Source of the DNA: an uncultured delta proteobacterium | GTDB taxonomy: Bacteria; Desulfobacterota; Desulfuromonadia; Geobacterales; DSM-12255 | NCBI GenBank assembly: GCA_963787125.1 | Contig: CAWBBV010000001.1 | Coordinates: forward strand, 416,001 to 480,000 | Reading direction: 5' to 3' | Length of the DNA: 64,000 bases | In this document: piece by piece, positions 60,167-64,000 of the stretch | Layout: every line of letters starts with the position of its first letter | Numbering within the stretch: the stretch's first letter is position 1 | The notes under the pieces: generated by a model | What the model was told of the DNA's origin: nothing | The model's database searches: none | Seen by the model: only the letters and a program-made list of their open reading frames with translations | Position numbers and translations under genes: made by a program

Positions 60167-60535
60167 TCAACAAGAAGGCTGTGGTGGCGCGCGGGAAAGT
60201 TTGGTCAGAAGCGGTGAAGAGGAATCAACATGAATGGCGTGGAAGTGAGGTCTGACAGTGCTTTGATCTGTTCTGGAGGCAAGTATGGATTCCGGCAGAA
60301 CCGGGTCGGCTGAAAAAGACTTGAGGATCTGTTTACAGGTTTTGATCTGATTCTGAGTGACTGCTTTAGGGCGGGGCTTGATTTTTCCGGAGGATATTCC
60401 GATTCCCCACTGGAGGCGGATTCCCATAAAAATAAGGCTGATAGTGAGTATTGCAAGGAGAAGTAGAGTGCTTTTGCGGCCGACTGAACTGTTGCGGAAA
60501 ATGAAATGCTGAGAATTGCCCGTGAACATGTACAA
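60167..60535 (-). CDS. Small membrane-anchored protein ending in a RAPP motif
   Basis: Hydrophobic TLLLLAILTISLIFMGI; C-terminal LSRAPPQPSC. Confidence 0.6.
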   Translation of the reverse strand: MYMFTGNSQHFIFRNSSVGRKSTLLLLAILTISLIFMGIRLQWGIGISSGKIKPRPKAVTQNQIKTCKQILKSFSADPVLPESILASRTDQSTVRPHFHAIHVDSSSPLLTKLSRAPPQPSC

Positions 60536-60690
60536 AAAATATTCCCATTATATTAAAAGTGCAAGTATTTTTAATTTTTAGCGAGGATAGTGTGGAACTG
60601 TTTTCCCACTGGAACTGAGTGAAAGTTTGAAAACCTGCGTTGAATTTATGAAAAGAATAGGTTATAAGGATGGCTCGTACAAATTGACAC

Positions 60691-60778
60691 GGAGAGGTGT
60701 CCGAGTGGTCGATGGTGCCTGACTCGAAATCAGGTGTACGGCAACGTACCTAGGGTTCGAATCCCTACCTCTCCGCCA
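60691..60778 (+). tRNA. tRNA-Ser (anticodon CGA)
   Basis: GGAGAGG/CCTCTCC acceptor stem, CCTGA-CTCGAAA-TCAGG anticodon arm, long variable arm, GTTCGAATC, encoded CCA. Confidence 0.97.
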
Positions 60779-60809
60779 GTTTAAAAACCGGTAACGTCCG
60801 GTAAAGACC

Positions 60810-60841
60810 AAAAAGCCATTGACTTATCAATGGCTTTTTTT
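60810..60841 (+). terminator. Terminator after tRNA-Ser
   Basis: aaaagccattga-ctta-tcaatggctttttt. Confidence 0.85.
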
Positions 60842-60898
60842 GGTTCATACCTGCCCTTAAAATTAAGAAAATCCACCTGCCAACATGGATACTAACCC

Positions 60899-62455
60899 AT
60901 GATCGAAGATATCAAAAAAACTCTCTGGGCCACCGCCGACAAGCTGCGGGCCAACATGGACGCTGCCGAATACAAGCATGTCGTGCTTGGTCTGATTTTC
61001 CTCAAATTCATCTCCGACACCTTCCAGACCCGCAGCAACGAGCTGACGGAGCGCTTTGCCGATCCTGAAGACGAGTATTACATTCAGGACGCAGACTCTG
61101 CTGGATTGGTTTCAGAGCTTGAAGACCGGGACTACTACCGGGAGGTCAACGTCTTTTGGGTGCCGGAAGCGGCGCGTTGGGAAAACCTGCGGGCACAGGC
61201 CAAGCAGCCGGACATTGGCAAGCGCATTGATGATGCCCTGACCCTGATCGAGACCGAAAACCCCAAGCTGAAAGGTATCCTCGACAAACGTTATGCACGC
61301 GTGCAGCTCCCGGATGGCAAGCTGGGGGAGTTAGTGGATATGGTCTCCACCATCGGCTTTGGCACCACCGGGCAGAGTGCCCGCGACCTGCTCGGCCAGG
61401 TGTATGAATATTTCCTCGGCCAGTTCGCCAGTGCAGAAGGCAAGCGGGGCGGACAGTTCTACACTCCCGCCAGTATTGTTAAGACGCTGGTGGCGATACT
61501 CGCTCCACATCAAGGCCAGGTCTATGACCCCTGCTGCGGCTCGGGCGGGATGTTTGTTCAATCTGAAAAGTTCATCGAAGCGCACGGCGGCAAGATCGGT
61601 GATGTTTCCATCTACGGTCAGGAATCCAACCCTACCACCTGGCGACTGGCGGCGATGAACCTGGCCATTCGGGGCATCGACTTCAACCTGGGCAAAGAAC
61701 CTGCCGACACCTTTGTCCGCAACCAACACCCTGACCTACGTGCTGACTTCGTGCTGGCAAACCCCCCTTTCAATATCTCCGACTGGTGGCACGCCAGCCT
61801 GGAAGGCGACCCGCGCTGGGTGTATGGTACGCCTCCGCAAGGCAACGCCAACTACGCCTGGCTGCAACATATCCTCTATCACTTAAAACCTGCGGGGAGA
61901 GGCGGTATCGTGCTGGCCAACGGCTCCATGTCCTCCAGCCAAAACTCTGAGGGTGACATCCGCCGGGCCATGGTCGAGGCTGACAAGGTGGAAGTCATGG
62001 TGGCCATGCCGGGCCAACTGTTCTTTAACACCCAGATCCCCGCCTGCCTCTGGTTTCTGGTCAAACAGAAGAGCAGGCGTCAGGGTGAGGTGCTGTTCAT
62101 CGACGCCCGCAAGCTTGGCACCATGATCAGCCGGGTGCAGATCGAGTTTACCGACGCCGATATTCAGCGCATTGCCGACACCGTGCATGCCTGGCGTGGT
62201 GATGGGGAAACAATAGCAGAGTATGCCGATGTGGCTGGTTTCTGCCGCAGTGTCACGCTTGCCGAGATCGCCGAACATGGTCATGTGCTGACGCCGGGGC
62301 GCTATGTCGGCGCGGAAGCGGTGGAGGATGACGATGAAGCATTTGCAGAGAAGATGCAGCGGCTGACGGGAGTGCTGGGTGAGCAGATGGCCAGGGGGGC
62401 GGAACTGGACAGGCTGATCCGGCAGAAGCTGGGAGGGTTGGGGTATGAGTTCTGA
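60899..62455 (+). CDS. hsdM: Type I R-M methyltransferase subunit
   Basis: [30 protein letters not shown]. Confidence 0.96.
   Translation: MIEDIKKTLWATADKLRANMDAAEYKHVVLGLIFLKFISDTFQTRSNELTERFADPEDEYYIQDADSAGLVSELEDRDYYREVNVFWVPEAARWENLRAQAKQPDIGKRIDDALTLIETENPKLKGILDKRYARVQLPDGKLGELVDMVSTIGFGTTGQSARDLLGQVYEYFLGQFASAEGKRGGQFYTPASIVKTLVAILAPHQGQVYDPCCGSGGMFVQSEKFIEAHGGKIGDVSIYGQESNPTTWRLAAMNLAIRGIDFNLGKEPADTFVRNQHPDLRADFVLANPPFNISDWWHASLEGDPRWVYGTPPQGNANYAWLQHILYHLKPAGRGGIVLANGSMSSSQNSEGDIRRAMVEADKVEVMVAMPGQLFFNTQIPACLWFLVKQKSRRQGEVLFIDARKLGTMISRVQIEFTDADIQRIADTVHAWRGDGETIAEYADVAGFCRSVTLAEIAEHGHVLTPGRYVGAEAVEDDDEAFAEKMQRLTGVLGEQMARGAELDRLIRQKLGGLGYEF
62415..62455 (+). repeat. 41-bp direct repeat, copy 1 (hsdM end)
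   Basis: 39/41 identical to 63827-63867. Confidence 0.9.
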
Positions 62456-63860
62456 ACTGGAGGATAAATTGCGCGAAAGCGAAACCATCGAACTCAAGAA
62501 AAGCCTGGGAGAGTTGAAGCAAGGTTTGGTTTCGATGGTCGCCATTCTCAACAAGCATGGCGGTGGCGAGCTCTGGTTTGGGGTTGCCCATGACGGGCGT
62601 ATAGTTGGCCTGGAAGCAAACGAAAAGACCCTGCGTGATGTTTCACAAACCATCGGCGCACATGTCGAACCGCGTATTTACCCACGCGTTGAGATTGCAT
62701 CACGCAACCACAAAACCTGCCTGCGCATCACTTTTGCCGGACAGGATGCGCCCTATTTCGTCTATGGCCGCTCCTACATGCGGGTGGCGGATGAAGACCG
62801 CCAACTGAGTGCTCGTGAACTGGAAAATCTCATCCTCCACAAGAACAAGGAAGCGCTACGTTGGGATAATCAACACTGCGAACCGGGAACAATTTCACTC
62901 GAAACACTTGATATTGGAAAATTAAGACGTTTTGTCGAAAAGGCCGAATTGACGTGGGACAGTCCGGAAAACACTCTGGATAAACTGGCATTACGCAAGA
63001 AGGGCCAACTGCTCAATGCCGTCAAGCTGTTCTTTGCCAGCCAGCCCCCGTTGCAACTGCGTTGTGCCGTGTTCGCCACAACCGATAGCGCCACCATTAT
63101 CGACCGCCACGATTTCGACGGCGACATTCTGGAACTGGTGGAGGAAGCGCAAAAATACATCCTAAAGAACATTCACATCGGCATGAGGCTGGACGGACTC
63201 TATCGTGTAGATGTCCCGGAAATCTCCATGGATGCCCTGCGTGAGGCAATCATCAACGCTTTTTGTCACCGCGATTACCGCGACCCGGATTACATCCAGA
63301 TTGCCGTATTCAAAAACCGGGTTGAGATTCGCAGTCCCGGTGGGCTGTATGATGGTCTGACCATGGAAGAGATGCGCGGTGGTAACGTCTCTCGGCGCCG
63401 TAATCCGCTGATTGCTGACCTTTTCCGTCGTATCCACATGGTTGAAGGGTGGGGGCGCGGCATGCCGCTGATTCTGGAGAATGCACCCAACGTCCAGTTC
63501 CGTCAGATAGCCGGGCTGTTTATCGCCAGCTTTGAAAGGCCGTCTTTTCTTGAGGATACTAACCAAGAAACTACCCAAGAAGTTATCGACACTACAGGAA
63601 AGACTACAGGAAAGAAAAAAACTACAGGAAAGACTGCAGGAAAGAGTGCTGTTTTGCTGGAACGTGTGCGCCTACAGCCTCAGACCACCATATCCGAACT
63701 GGCAGAGCTGCTTGGTCTGACGGAAGATGGCGTGAACTACCACCTGCGCAGACTGCAAAAAGATGGGCTGTTACAGCGAGTGGGCGGCAGAAAGTCTGGG
63801 CATTGGGAGGTGCTGGTCCCGGTGGTTGATCCGGCAGAAGTTGGGAGGGCTGGGGTATGA
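62445..63860 (+). CDS. AlbA_2 (Schlafen-like) + RecG-C/HATPase_c_4 + wHTH protein
   Basis: [62 protein letters not shown]. Confidence 0.85.
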   Translation: MSSELEDKLRESETIELKKSLGELKQGLVSMVAILNKHGGGELWFGVAHDGRIVGLEANEKTLRDVSQTIGAHVEPRIYPRVEIASRNHKTCLRITFAGQDAPYFVYGRSYMRVADEDRQLSARELENLILHKNKEALRWDNQHCEPGTISLETLDIGKLRRFVEKAELTWDSPENTLDKLALRKKGQLLNAVKLFFASQPPLQLRCAVFATTDSATIIDRHDFDGDILELVEEAQKYILKNIHIGMRLDGLYRVDVPEISMDALREAIINAFCHRDYRDPDYIQIAVFKNRVEIRSPGGLYDGLTMEEMRGGNVSRRRNPLIADLFRRIHMVEGWGRGMPLILENAPNVQFRQIAGLFIASFERPSFLEDTNQETTQEVIDTTGKTTGKKKTTGKTAGKSAVLLERVRLQPQTTISELAELLGLTEDGVNYHLRRLQKDGLLQRVGGRKSGHWEVLVPVVDPAEVGRAGV

Positions 63861-63867
63861 GTTCTGA
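63827..63867 (+). repeat. 41-bp direct repeat, copy 2 (hsdS start)
   Basis: 39/41 identical to 62415-62455. Confidence 0.9.
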
Positions 63868-64000
63868 GTGGCAAAACCTTACGTTTGGTGACTTTGTCTC
63901 AATCCAGCGTGGTCACGATCTCCCAGATCAAGATAGGCGAAAAGGCACTGTTCCCATATTAGGGTCGTTTGGGATCACCGGATACCATGATTCTGCCAAA
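63857..64000 (+). CDS. hsdS: Type I R-M specificity subunit, N-terminus (3'-truncated by the window edge)
   Basis: [23 protein letters not shown]...VPILGSFGITGYH. Confidence 0.85.
   Translation, partial: MSSEWQNLTFGDFVSIQRGHDLPDQDRRKGTVPILGSFGITGYHDSAK

Noticed and set aside
1..64000. CRISPR array, rRNA, IS transposase or prophage genes
   Set aside because: No regularly spaced repeat-spacer array or recognisable motifs seen.

Overview
Ordinary-looking chromosome of an anaerobic deltaproteobacterium, most likely Geobacteraceae (OmpJ-like porin, fur-feoB-ideR operon, stand-alone Fo atp genes). Core genes: gltBD, hypFCD, pyk, propionyl-/methylmalonyl-CoA pathway, atpZIBE, tRNA-Ser(CGA). Accessory parts: a type III R-M island, a deoxy/amino-sugar surface-modification operon, and a type I R-M locus cut off by the window end. 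The standout is a tightly coupled 7-gene minus-strand operon (855-11165): corrinoid protein, Zn-ligand-less MtaA/UroD-fold protein, DUF1638, GAF-PAS hybrid kinase, a 1278-aa fusion protein, a response regulator and a hybrid kinase. The fusion joins a complete Cu(I) P1B-ATPase (CopA/RAN1 type) in frame to an ETR1-type copper/ethylene-binding membrane domain and a histidine kinase. In plants RAN1 and ETR1 are separate proteins, with RAN1 supplying copper to the receptor; here they are one polypeptide. Other notable items: REP-like palindromes translated inside a methyltransferase, two repeat-flanked single-gene cassettes, a broken hypF with hypE absent from the window, and a RAPP-ending leader ORF. 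All family calls come from reading motifs by eye; no searches were run.
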